From a bacterium (GTDB lineage Bacteria > UBA8248), in assembly GCA_965202625.1 (NCBI GenBank), contig CBDBBI010000010.1, forward strand, positions 2,016,001 to 2,080,000: 64,000 bases of DNA, written 5' to 3'. Below the pieces are notes generated by a model. That model saw only the letters and a list, made by a program, of their open reading frames with translations. It was not told the origin of the DNA and did no database searches. Within the stretch, counting starts at the first letter, position 1, and the number at the start of each line of letters is the position of its first letter. Shown in pieces: positions 46,344 through 55,926 of this stretch. Made by a program: the position numbers and the translations under genes.

Positions 46344-47501
46344 GTGGAGTTCGCCATTGCAAGGGATACCTTTCTCAAAGCTCTTCAAATGATACAGGGC
46401 GTCGTGGAGACCAGAAGCAGCGCGATGCGGATACTGCAAAACGTGCTCGTTGAGACCGAGGGCAAAAAGAATGTCCGTCTGTTGGGCACGAATCTTGATA
46501 TCAGCATGCGGGGAATGTTTGAGGCCGAAGTAGAGAGAGCGGGCAAGGTTACGCTTAACGCGAGGATGTTGTTTGACATCGTTCGGGAACTCCCCGAGGC
46601 GGAGATTCGTTTGGTCGAGGAGGATGAGCAATGGGTTCGATTGCGCTGTGCGCGGTCGAATTTCCGCTTTCCCGGGCTGCCGCCTTCGGAATTTCCTGCG
46701 CTTCCTGATTTGAAAAAAGCGAAGATACACAAGGTTTCCGCTTCGGTTTTATCCGAGATGATTCGCAAGACGATGTTCGCGATATCCCAGGACGAGACGC
46801 GCTACACTTACAATGGCGTTTTCATGGAGACAGAATCCGACACGTTACGCCTCGTCGCCACGGATGGCCATCGACTTGCGATGATTGAACGTCAAAGCGA
46901 GGGGTTGCAGTTTGATGCGGGAGTCATCGTTCATAAAAGAGCTTTGGCGGAACTTGTAAAGCTCCTGCAGGGAGTTGAGGGTGAGGTATCCGTCGCCCTC
47001 ATTCATGCTCAAACGAGAGAGCCCGGAGCTTTGCCCGAGGGAGACGAAGCCCCTTCACCTCCCCCGAACCACATCGTTTTTCAAGTGGAGGACGTAGAAT
47101 TGTCCGCCCGGCTGATAGACGCGGATTTTCCAAAATACAGGCAAGTGATTCCGAGCGACAACGACCACTCTATTTTGATGAACCGAGAGAGCTTGACGCA
47201 GGCACTCCGGCGGGCCTCCATTTTCACGAACGAAACGGGAATGGTGAAATTCGAGTTCTCTCCTGGCCAGTTGAGGTTGACGACGAACAGCCCGGAGGCG
47301 GGAGAGGCCGAGGAAATTATCGAGTCGAGCGCGCAGGCTGACGTTACGATAGGTTTTAATTCGAGATATTGTCTAGATGTGCTCTCCGTCCTGGAAGAAG
47401 AACAGATCAGTATGGAGCTGAAAGATTCATTGAGCCCGGGGATAATTTCTCCTAAAGACGCACAGGACTATACCTATGTCGCGATGCCGATGCGCATCTA
47501 G
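46344..47501 (+). CDS. dnaN: DNA polymerase III beta sliding clamp
   Basis: AAGGAG RBS; GTNLD, SEFP, DETRY, VATDGHRLA, RLID.DFPKY, IGFNSRY, YVAMPMRI C-terminus. Confidence 0.95.
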   Translation: MEFAIARDTFLKALQMIQGVVETRSSAMRILQNVLVETEGKKNVRLLGTNLDISMRGMFEAEVERAGKVTLNARMLFDIVRELPEAEIRLVEEDEQWVRLRCARSNFRFPGLPPSEFPALPDLKKAKIHKVSASVLSEMIRKTMFAISQDETRYTYNGVFMETESDTLRLVATDGHRLAMIERQSEGLQFDAGVIVHKRALAELVKLLQGVEGEVSVALIHAQTREPGALPEGDEAPSPPPNHIVFQVEDVELSARLIDADFPKYRQVIPSDNDHSILMNRESLTQALRRASIFTNETGMVKFEFSPGQLRLTTNSPEAGEAEEIIESSAQADVTIGFNSRYCLDVLSVLEEEQISMELKDSLSPGIISPKDAQDYTYVAMPMRI

Positions 47502-47567
47502 ACGTCCATTTGGTTTTGCGCGAATTTTTCTCAAGAAATGAGAACTTTGCAGGGCTCATCGCTCTCT

Positions 47568-47601
47568 GGGCGCCTCATTAATGGGGGCGCCCGCATTTTT
47601 T
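47568..47601 (+). terminator. Possible intrinsic terminator after dnaN
   Basis: GGGCGCC...GGCGCCC stem followed by a T run. Confidence 0.5.
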
Positions 47602-47620
47602 CCGTTGCGGGCCTAAAAAA

Positions 47621-48856
47621 ATGATCCCTCATTTTTCAGAGCGAGCGAGCGAGAATTCAGGTTGCTACTACGGCTGGGTGATCGTCGGTCTCACTTTTTT
47701 CACCATGGCTGTGGGTGGCTCCATCGTCGGGACGTTTCCTATTTTTTACGTGGTCTTTCTCGATGAATTTGGGTGGTCTCGGGCGGACACTGCCCTCGCA
47801 TTTTCTTTTTCGATGGCCACTTTTGCGATTTCCGCCGGTTTCATTGGCGCGATGGTGGATCGTTGGGGGCCGAGGGTGATCATTCCGGCGGGAATCACCG
47901 TTCTGGGCGTCGGTCTCGCTTTGATGTCGTTGGTTTCCAGCTTGCCCACCCTGTATTTTTTCTACGGTGGCGTCGTGGCCCTGGGTGTCACCATGTTTGG
48001 GTTTATTCCCACGAGCACCGTCGTGAGCCAATGGTTCACGCGGCATCGTTCTACGGCGATGGGAATATCCTTGTCGGGGAGGAGCTGCGGCGGCATCGTC
48101 ATGGTTCCGCTTTCTGCCTATCTCATCGCCGCTTTTGGGTGGCGCGCGGCCTATGTTTTTCTGGGGATGGGCATCATCGTTTTGCTGGTTCCCCTGAATG
48201 TGTTTTTACACCGTGACCGCACAGAAGCGAGAGAGGGCAGGACAAGCGTGTCTTCCGGACCGAACTGGACTCTGAAAGACGCCTTGGCCGATTCGGTTTT
48301 CTGGTTTTTGTTTCTGGCGGGCATATTCAATGGCGTTGGCTTCAGCGTGGTTGGCGTCCATCAGGCTGCGCATATGGTCGATGTGGGGATAAGCCCGATG
48401 AAGGCTGCCTCCCTTATCGGGGGTCTGGCCGTAGTGAGAGCTTCAGGAGGTATTCTGGGCGGTTGGGTGGGAGACAGGATTGGACGCATTCGAACCTTTT
48501 ATTTACTCAGCGTTGTCGCCATGTTGGGCGTTTTTCTACTGATGAATTTGTCTGAGCGTCATGCGTGGCTGGGTTATGCGTATGTTTTGGTATATGGAAT
48601 CGGTGCCGGCGCACGTGGCACGATCCTCGTATCAATCAAGGCTGATCTTTTCCCCAGCAGGAATTTTGGCCGCATCTTAGGCTTCAGCCAGATGGGCGGA
48701 GGGCTGGCTTCGGCCGTAGGCCCTTGGCTCGCAGGGTATTTTTTCGATTTATGGAAAAATTATTACTGGGCGTTCATCCTTGTAGTGGGCGTCCAAGTTC
48801 TCTCGATTGTCGCGGTGGCGGCGGCGTCCTCAAAAGCGAAGATAGGGGAAGGCTGA
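47621..48856 (+). CDS. MFS transporter (OFA/MCT-like)
   Basis: YYGWVIV, FGWSR, GAMVDRWGPR, QWF..HRSTAMG, GWVGDRIGR. Confidence 0.92.
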   Translation: MIPHFSERASENSGCYYGWVIVGLTFFTMAVGGSIVGTFPIFYVVFLDEFGWSRADTALAFSFSMATFAISAGFIGAMVDRWGPRVIIPAGITVLGVGLALMSLVSSLPTLYFFYGGVVALGVTMFGFIPTSTVVSQWFTRHRSTAMGISLSGRSCGGIVMVPLSAYLIAAFGWRAAYVFLGMGIIVLLVPLNVFLHRDRTEAREGRTSVSSGPNWTLKDALADSVFWFLFLAGIFNGVGFSVVGVHQAAHMVDVGISPMKAASLIGGLAVVRASGGILGGWVGDRIGRIRTFYLLSVVAMLGVFLLMNLSERHAWLGYAYVLVYGIGAGARGTILVSIKADLFPSRNFGRILGFSQMGGGLASAVGPWLAGYFFDLWKNYYWAFILVVGVQVLSIVAVAAASSKAKIGEG

Positions 48857-48928
48857 TTTTTCGGGGAAGGCATGCGCCTCCGGTACGCCTCGAAATGGTT
48901 CGTCGGTCCCTTCTCTTTCAATCTCCGC

Positions 48929-49501
48929 TCACGAAGCTACCTTTTCTTTTTCCATGAGTATCATCTTGATTAGGGAAATCATGCTGTCTGGCGTCGTTTG
49001 CTCGATGTTCAAGATGCCGTGATAAAGGGTCGGTTCCGCGAAGTCGACGTGAAAAAAATACTGGGAAAACAAGCCTTGGTCTCGGTCGCACCTCTTGATG
49101 GTTTCCTCCGAGGCCGTTCTCGTCACGCCCGATGACTCCATGAAGTGCCGGATGCGGGACTCCACGCTGCCGACGATTCGCATATGGAGGGTGTCGGATC
49201 GATCCTTGAGGAGCACCTGCCCTCCCCACCCGACGATAACGACGTTCCCCTCATCCGCCGCTTCGTTCATGCTCTCCGACAGGACGTTTCGCAGGTTCTC
49301 TCGTCCCACCCCAAATGTGCGCTCAAGAATCGTTGGTGCGCGTCCTTCAATTTTCTCTAAATCCATTTTTAGACCTCGTCGATTGCAGGCATCGACAAGT
49401 TCATCGCGTCCCAGAAAATCATAGTGCAATTTTTCCGCCAGCTTGCGTGCTATGAAAATTCCGCCGGTTCCGTATTGACGTGAGATGGTGACGACGGCCA
49501 T
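48929..49501 (-). CDS. Cytidylate kinase-like family protein
   Basis: VTISRQYGTGG..IA..LAEKL, GNVVIVGWGG, DRDQ..F..YFF. Confidence 0.85.
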   Translation of the reverse strand: MAVVTISRQYGTGGIFIARKLAEKLHYDFLGRDELVDACNRRGLKMDLEKIEGRAPTILERTFGVGRENLRNVLSESMNEAADEGNVVIVGWGGQVLLKDRSDTLHMRIVGSVESRIRHFMESSGVTRTASEETIKRCDRDQGLFSQYFFHVDFAEPTLYHGILNIEQTTPDSMISLIKMILMEKEKVAS

Positions 49502-49717
49502 GTGAAATCTCCTTGTGAGCGCGATACAGTTTTTCCCCAAAGTGCACCTTGTCTCAATTTTATCAAAAATACACGAATATGCGCGACTTTTGTGGCGGAG
49601 TCTTGCGCCACAATTTTTTGGGCGTAGGGTATAAATGGATTATTATACTTGGGGTATTTTCAGGCGGAGCGTTTTCCACATATCTCCGTCAATCCCGTTC
49701 ATGGAAGGGGAGGCTTC

Positions 49718-50284
49718 ATGGCGATTTCACCTGATGTGCTTCTCAAGCGACTTGGTGTTCACACCCGCTTGTATGCCGCGGATGAAAAAGGAATTTTCGC
49801 CATCCTGAATGATCAGGAAAAGGGGCATTTCTTTGCCGTGGATCGCGCAAGCGGCAATTTCCGCTGGCGCGTGGAGAATACCTCAGGCTGGGTGATCGCC
49901 CCTCCACTCATCTGGAAGGATGTCTACGTTGTGGGGACGAGCGGGGTGGAGATGAAGCGAGAAGAGAAGGGCGGGTCCCTCGCCACAGTGGATTGGAAGC
50001 GCGGAGGTTCGGTTTACGCTTTCGATGCAAGGGACGGCGCGGTGCGATTTTGGGATGAGAGGGTAGGGGTGGTGCGGGATACGCCCAGGACGGAGGCCGA
50101 CGTGTTGTTCGTCGAAGGAGAAATTCGGCTGGGCGGCTTTCGGGACGGCGAGGCGTGGTCTTCGTCCGCGCGCGTGGAAAGTCGGTTTTCCTTGACGGAC
50201 GAGCTTTTAATCGCCCGCCGCGTCCGAGGGAAGGCTCCCGCCGGATATTTTCAGGGAGAAGTGTCGCCAACGGAGTGGACCTGA
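49718..50284 (+). CDS. PQQ-like beta-propeller repeat protein
   Basis: GGAGG RBS; FAVDRASGNFRW and VYAFDARDGAVRFW repeats. Confidence 0.65.
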   Translation: MAISPDVLLKRLGVHTRLYAADEKGIFAILNDQEKGHFFAVDRASGNFRWRVENTSGWVIAPPLIWKDVYVVGTSGVEMKREEKGGSLATVDWKRGGSVYAFDARDGAVRFWDERVGVVRDTPRTEADVLFVEGEIRLGGFRDGEAWSSSARVESRFSLTDELLIARRVRGKAPAGYFQGEVSPTEWT

Positions 50285-51200
50285 GGTTCTCACCTTTTTT
50301 TCTCAGTTCCTGTGCCATGAGAGTCGCGTTTTGGGGGGCGAGGTTCGCTCGAAACCAGTTGCGGTATTCATCCATGTGAACATGCGGAGTTGTCTTCGGT
50401 AGGGTGCGGTGTTCTTTCAGGGCGGCGGCGGTCCGAGAGCGCAATTTTGTCATGTAGCCTCTGAATTCATCCCATACCCTTGATGCGGGTTGGGCGGGGA
50501 CCGGCCCATGCCCGGGGATGAGGTGCTTGGCGGGAAATCTCTTGAGCCTTGGCATTGCGTCTATCCAGTTGCTGAAGTCGCCCAGCCTTGCCACCGGGTG
50601 CGTTCGGTAGTCGAGCAGATCTCCGGGAAACAGAATTTTCTCCTCTGGCATCCACACGATGGCGTCTCCCTTTGTGTGGCAATGGCCAATGTGAATCATC
50701 TCAAAGAATCGCCCACCATAGCGGATGGAAATTTTATCTCCAAAGGTCACTATGGGCGGCGCGATGTGGAGTTTGCCAATTAGGTGCTCCACTTTTTGCG
50801 ACCTGCCCGCCATCTGTTTTACCCAGATGCCCGCGTTCTCCTCTCGCCCCATCTCCAGACGCACGTTGTCCTCGCCGATGGAGACGGCGCCGCGCTTGTG
50901 GTAGTATTCATCATCCGAAGTATGGTTGAAATTGTGATGGGTGTTCAGCACCAACCCGGGTGATTTTCGTGTAATTTCTTTTGCGCCGGATACAAAGGTT
51001 TTCCGAACCCGAATGTCGTTGTCGATGATGACGGGTTTCTTTTTCGTGAGCACAAGGCCGAAATTCGTCGCCCCATCTCCTGCGACGAATACGTGCGCGC
51101 CCTCTGCGATTTCGAAGAATCCTTGGGCGTTGGCCGGGCTTGGCAATGCCTTCGCTTTGCGCGCCGTTTTTTCTCCTTGCGGGGCTTTGGTGATGGCGAT
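49908..51200 (-). pseudogene. MBL-fold metallo-hydrolase (cyclase-like), apparently decaying
   Basis: NTHHNFNH (degenerate HxHxDH), HTKGD, FPGDL, IPGHG; no ATG at the expected N-terminus (ATC GCC ATC...) and the frame runs about 375 nt into the convergent gene. Confidence 0.55.
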
Positions 51201-51285
51201 ACGTTATGGGAGCCAAATGGAAGGTGGCAAGCTCCCCTTGAGGCGACAACGCTTAGGGATGAAGCCTCGCGCACGGGGTGGTGAA

Positions 51286-52238
51286 GTGGGTTCTTATTCC
51301 GCGTTCATAGGTCTTGAGTGCTCGAGAACGATGGAGCGATTCGCGGCCGACGACTTGATGAATCTAAATCCTTCCGGCGCTCCGCTACTGGTGCGATATG
51401 ACGTCGAAGCCGCCGCACGGACTCTGGATATCAAGAAAATAGCGGGCCGCGTTCATTCGATGTGGTGTTATAACGAGATGCTTCCAGCCCCTGATGAAAA
51501 CGCCGTCATCACCTTGGGCGAGGGCGTGACGCCCTCGTTTTTATACCGGAAAAAGCGCCCGGCGTCCATAAAACAGAATGCGTCCTGTTGGGGGCCGACG
51601 TGACCGTCATGCGTGGCTACATCCACCATTGCGCGGAAATCGTGGCAAGGAGGACGGAGGCGGAGGGATGGTTCGAGCTGTCCACGTTGAAAGAGCCATA
51701 TCGCGCGGAGGGCAAGAAAACGATGGCCTACCAACTGGTCGAGCAATTCGGCGGTGACACCCCAGACGTGATTCTCTATCCCACTGGCGGCGGGACGGGA
51801 CTAGTGGCGATGTGGTGCTCCTTTGGCGAGCTGGAGGATTTGGGCTGGATAGGGAAGAAGAGACTCCGCATGATTTGCGTTCAAGCGGAGGGTTGCGCCC
51901 CGCTCGCGCGTGCGTATGAGAGCGGAGGAGACGTCTCGTCTCCGTGGGAGAACCCCGCTACGGCCGTGTCCGGCTTGCGCGCCATTCGAGAGAGCCAAGG
52001 GACGACCGTCGCCGTCTCGGATGAGGTGATGTTTGAAGCCCAAAGAAAAGCGGGGGCGTCCGGGGGGATGCCGATTTGTCCGGAAGGCGGGGCGGGTATA
52101 GTGGCACTGGACGTTTTGCTTGAGAGGGGGGAGGTGGAGTGGAATGAGCGAATTGTTGCCTTCAACACGGCCACGGGCTTGAAATACGCGGATATGATAG
52201 AGACGGACCCTCCTGTCGTCGCCGCGGGTTCAGGATAG
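51286..52238 (+). pseudogene. thrC: Threonine synthase pseudogene
   Basis: N-part (LECS, PLLVRYD, TLGEGVTP) and C-part (STLKEPYRAEGKKTM, YPTGGGTG, CPEGGA, NTATGLKY) in different frames; the PLP-Lys NPTGSFK segment is deleted. Confidence 0.85.
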
Positions 52239-52249
52239 GTGAAAGAGAA

Positions 52250-52678
52250 ATGATCGAAATAACGAGACGGGAGGAATTCTGCGCAGCCCACCGATTGTTT
52301 CAACCCGGTTGGAGTGACGAGCACAACGAAGCCGTGTATGGGAAATGTGCCAACCCACGCTATCATGGCCACAATTATGTTTTTGAGGTCACCTTGAGAG
52401 GCCCTCTCCACACCGAAACGGGCATGACCTATAACATCGCTGATCTGAAAAACATCATGAAGCGAGAAGTGGTGGAGTGCCTTGATCATAAAAACCTGAA
52501 CGAAGACGCGGCGGGATTCATGAAAAACCGAATTCCCACGGCGGAGAACATTGCGATTTCGATTTGGGAGCGCTTGGCGGAACGCATAGAGGCGGTGCTT
52601 CTCTTTCGCGTCCGCCTGTATGAGAACGAGCGGAATTTCGTAGATTATTATGGAGAAAGTCCCGATGGAGTTCGGTGA
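52250..52678 (+). CDS. 6-pyruvoyltetrahydropterin synthase / QueD family protein
   Basis: FCAAHRL, YGKCANPRYHGHNY, LDHKNLN, PTAENIA, LYENERN. Confidence 0.9.
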   Translation: MIEITRREEFCAAHRLFQPGWSDEHNEAVYGKCANPRYHGHNYVFEVTLRGPLHTETGMTYNIADLKNIMKREVVECLDHKNLNEDAAGFMKNRIPTAENIAISIWERLAERIEAVLLFRVRLYENERNFVDYYGESPDGVR

Positions 52679-53396
52679 GTCCGGCTGTCTGCGGAAAAGG
52701 CGCATTGTCCTCACCGGCGCCTCTCGGGGAATAGGCCGCGCGAGTGCGCTTCGTCTCGCGAAAGCGGGGGCGAGGGTGCTTGCCGTATCGAGGGACGCCG
52801 ACGCCCTGGCGCGGCTGGCGTTTGATTCGAAAGAGTGCGTGGGCCAAATTCTCCCGCATAGTTGTGATGTAACGAAGGTCGATGAGGTGGAGGCACTCAT
52901 CGAAATGACTGGAAAGCGCCTGGAGGGTGTGGACGCGCTGATCAACAACGCGGGTTCGGGCGTTTTCAAGGACATGGAAAGTCTCTCGGTGGATGAGTTT
53001 CATTCTACGCTGTCCGTGTGCCTCGTCGCTCCTTTCATGCTGACGCGGGCATTTTTTCCCATGCTCGAAGAGGCGAAAGGCGAGGTCATCAACATATCCT
53101 CGATCAGCGCCGTGTCTGGTTTTCCGGGAGCGTCGGCGTATTGCGCGGCGAAAGCCGGCCTTGAGGGATTGTCTAGGGCGTTGGTGGAGGAGCTGAGGCC
53201 CAAGGGCATACGTCTGACCATCGTTCGTCCCGGAGCTTGCGCGACGGATATGTGGAAGTCCATTCCCGGAGAGTTCGACTTTGGTGAGATGATCCCGCCG
53301 GATCTGGTGGCGGAATCTATAGAGTTTTTGCTGTCCCAGTCCCGCAGGGTCTGGACGGAATCAATGGTGGTGCTTCCGCCGAAGGGCATGATCTAA
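52650..53396 (+). CDS. Short-chain dehydrogenase/reductase
   Basis: TGASRGIG, NNAG, SS, YCAAK, PGACATDMW. Confidence 0.9.
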   Translation: MEKVPMEFGESGCLRKRRIVLTGASRGIGRASALRLAKAGARVLAVSRDADALARLAFDSKECVGQILPHSCDVTKVDEVEALIEMTGKRLEGVDALINNAGSGVFKDMESLSVDEFHSTLSVCLVAPFMLTRAFFPMLEEAKGEVINISSISAVSGFPGASAYCAAKAGLEGLSRALVEELRPKGIRLTIVRPGACATDMWKSIPGEFDFGEMIPPDLVAESIEFLLSQSRRVWTESMVVLPPKGMI

Positions 53397-53622
53397 GGTT
53401 GTCCGTCTTCCCCCTTCAGGAATCCGCCCCCCATTACCGTTTGCGATGCGAACGGGGAAGCGTGACGTGATCAAGGGTGTCCCTTGAAGGAGAGGAGGAA
53501 GGAGAATAACTTTGTTGGCTTCTTGGCCGACGGGTTTCGTCAGACTCCTCTCGGCGTGAGAAGTGTTTTGAGGGCGCGTCGTCTTGAAATTTTTGTTTCA
53601 CTGTTTCTCCAGGAGGTTGGCT

Positions 53623-53922
53623 TTGATAGTGATTCGATACGAAAACATCAATGTGGAGTATGAGGTGGAGGTGGGAAATTCCATTCTTGATGCGGATCTG
53701 GAGAATGGCGTTGACCATACTAATGATTGTGGCGGTAATTGCGCCTGTTCCACCTGCAAGGTGATCGTGGTTTCCGGGAGAGAGTTTCTCTCTCCCCAGA
53801 AAGAAGACGAGAGGGATACCCTGGATGCCTATGGGTGGGATCCGGATGGGTATCGCCTGGCTTGTCAATGTATTGTTCAAGAAGAGGGGCAGGTTGTCTT
53901 GAATATGCCAGAGCCGGAATAA
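53623..53922 (+). CDS. 2Fe-2S ferredoxin (adrenodoxin/ISC type)
   Basis: CGGNCACSTC...RLACQ; AGGAGG RBS before TTG. Confidence 0.9.
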   Translation: MIVIRYENINVEYEVEVGNSILDADLENGVDHTNDCGGNCACSTCKVIVVSGREFLSPQKEDERDTLDAYGWDPDGYRLACQCIVQEEGQVVLNMPEPE

Positions 53923-53925
53923 AAC

Positions 53926-54576
53926 TCAGAAGGCGCGTGCCTCCTCGTCGTTCCAAACGCGAACCACCGACTCAAAATCAACCATGCCTTCGCGTAAGAG
54001 CTCTGGTTTTTCTCCTCTCGCGTCCACCACGGTAGAGGGCAGCGTGTTTTTTGTTTTTCCCCCGTCCAGGACGAATGCTATCTTTTTTTGAAATTGGCGC
54101 GAGATCTCCTGGGCACTCTGTAGCGGAGGCTCGCCCGATGGGTTCGCGCTCGTCGCCACGAACGGGCCGAAACGAATGGCCAGCGCGCGGCAAAGCGCGA
54201 GAGCGGGCATACGAACGGCGACGCTCGCGCCGTCTTCTGAAAGTCGGGGAAAAAGTTGGGGACGCGCGGAAAGAATCAAAGTGAGCCCCGCAGGCCATAA
54301 AGAATCGATCAGGCGTGTCGCACGAGAGGAGACGTCGCTGGCGAGGTCTTTGACCTGGTGACGGCACCCGATGAGAACGGGGGCGCCTTTCTCTTCTTTT
54401 CTTCCTTTCGCCTCGTAGAGCTTCTCGATGGCTTTCTCGTCGAGGGCGCGGGCGCATAGCCCGTAAATCGTATCCGTGGGCAAGGCGACGAGGTTTCCGG
54501 CGCGCAACTCTTCGCCGGCTCGTCGAACGATATCCTCTTCTGGCGAATCGAGGTTCACTGGGAGAATTCTGCTCAC
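53926..54576 (-). CDS. tsaC: L-threonylcarbamoyladenylate synthase
   Basis: ALPTDTIYGL, AKGR, AVRMP, TSANPSG, PSTVVD, LREG. Confidence 0.92.
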   Translation of the reverse strand: MSRILPVNLDSPEEDIVRRAGEELRAGNLVALPTDTIYGLCARALDEKAIEKLYEAKGRKEEKGAPVLIGCRHQVKDLASDVSSRATRLIDSLWPAGLTLILSARPQLFPRLSEDGASVAVRMPALALCRALAIRFGPFVATSANPSGEPPLQSAQEISRQFQKKIAFVLDGGKTKNTLPSTVVDARGEKPELLREGMVDFESVVRVWNDEEARAF

Positions 54577-55205
54577 CGTTTATTTTTTCCGGCGCGCCCA
54601 CGTCCGCGCGTTTGTTTTGGCCTTGGTTTTTGTTCAGGCTTTTTTACGGCCTCGCCTCTCGGTTGGCTCACTTCCTCCTGCGCTTGGATGGGCGGAGGGG
54701 AGATTTCTTTTTGAAGCGCTTCGTCTGCGGCCAGAGTCTTCTCGGTTTGCTGCTGCGCAAAACGCCGGTATTCCTTGGCCAGCTTTGCATCCGCCAAAGC
54801 GAGTATCCGGACGGAGTGAAGGGCCGCGTTCCTCGCCCCTGGGCCGCCAATTCCCATCGTCGCCACGGGAATGCCGGGGGGCATTTGCACTGTGGAGAGA
54901 AGGGAGTCGAGACCACCGAGCGAGGAGCTGTCGATGGGAACCCCGATGACGGGCAAGTCGGTGGCGGCGCCGACGACGCCCGCCAGATGCGCCGACATGC
55001 CGGCTCCGGCGATTAGCACGCGGATTCCGCGATCGGGCGCCGTCTTGACGTAATTATGAACGGCGTCGGGCGTGCGGTGGGCGGATAGAATTCTCATCTC
55101 CGAGGGAACGTTAAAGGCGTCAAGGGCTTTGACGGCCTCTTCCATCACGGGTTTGTCCGACGCGCTTCCCATCAGTATCCCCACCAGGGGGGCTCTCGTG
55201 GCCAA
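54573..55205 (-). CDS. purE: N5-carboxyaminoimidazole ribonucleotide mutase (with basic C-terminal tail)
   Basis: MGSASD, SAHRTP, AGAGMSAHLAGV, PVIGVP, LLSTVQMPPGIPVAT. Confidence 0.95.
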   Translation of the reverse strand: MATRAPLVGILMGSASDKPVMEEAVKALDAFNVPSEMRILSAHRTPDAVHNYVKTAPDRGIRVLIAGAGMSAHLAGVVGAATDLPVIGVPIDSSSLGGLDSLLSTVQMPPGIPVATMGIGGPGARNAALHSVRILALADAKLAKEYRRFAQQQTEKTLAADEALQKEISPPPIQAQEEVSQPRGEAVKKPEQKPRPKQTRGRGRAGKNKR

Positions 55206-55220
55206 AGGGTTGTCCTCTTT

Positions 55221-55610
55221 TTATTGGGGAATGAAAGCGAGCAACTCGATTTCAAGTTTCGCGCCCGCGATAATTTTTGACGCTTGAAATGTCGTTCGCG
55301 CCGGCGGGTCTTCCGTCCCGAAATACTCTTCAAAGACGGCGTTCATCGCCTGGAGGTCCGCCAGATCTTCCATGAAGATGGTGACTTTTACGGCGTTTTT
55401 CAAGGCCGTTCCCCCCGCCTCGCACACCGCCTTCAGGTTTTCGATGACTTGTCGTGTCTGCTCGGCGGTTCCACCCGGCGCCAATTCCCCCGTCTTGGGG
55501 TCGATGGGCAGCTGCCCCGAGCAATGGAGCCACTCCCCAAATTGAATCGCTTGGGATAGTGGCACCTTGCCCGAAGCTGCCTTGTCGGTGTGAATGACTT
55601 TTTTCTCCAT
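55221..55610 (-). CDS. RidA/YjgF family protein
   Basis: SQAI, SGQLPIDP, NLKAV, PPART, LEIE. Confidence 0.92.
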   Translation of the reverse strand: MEKKVIHTDKAASGKVPLSQAIQFGEWLHCSGQLPIDPKTGELAPGGTAEQTRQVIENLKAVCEAGGTALKNAVKVTIFMEDLADLQAMNAVFEEYFGTEDPPARTTFQASKIIAGAKLEIELLAFIPQ

Positions 55611-55926
55611 GGATGCTCCCACACGTTAAAAAGAACCATTGCTTGAATGGATACGCTCTCACAACGCAACCGCTCTGCCTCGCGCTCATCCGGATTAGAG
55701 GGACGAGGAGAACTCCCGAATATCCCACAGAAGGCATCTGCGAGAAACTCTCGATGCACAAGATGAGAGAAAATAGCGTTTCTTGAAGACGCGAACCGCG
55801 CGCTTTTGGGCGCATCCGTATGTTTGGTTGTCAAGACGCCCGTTCAACGCCGCAGGGCCATGCTTGGTTTCAAAAATGGGGGAAACAGGTGCTATGGTAC
55901 AGTGCATCTTAGTTGGGGGAATTATC

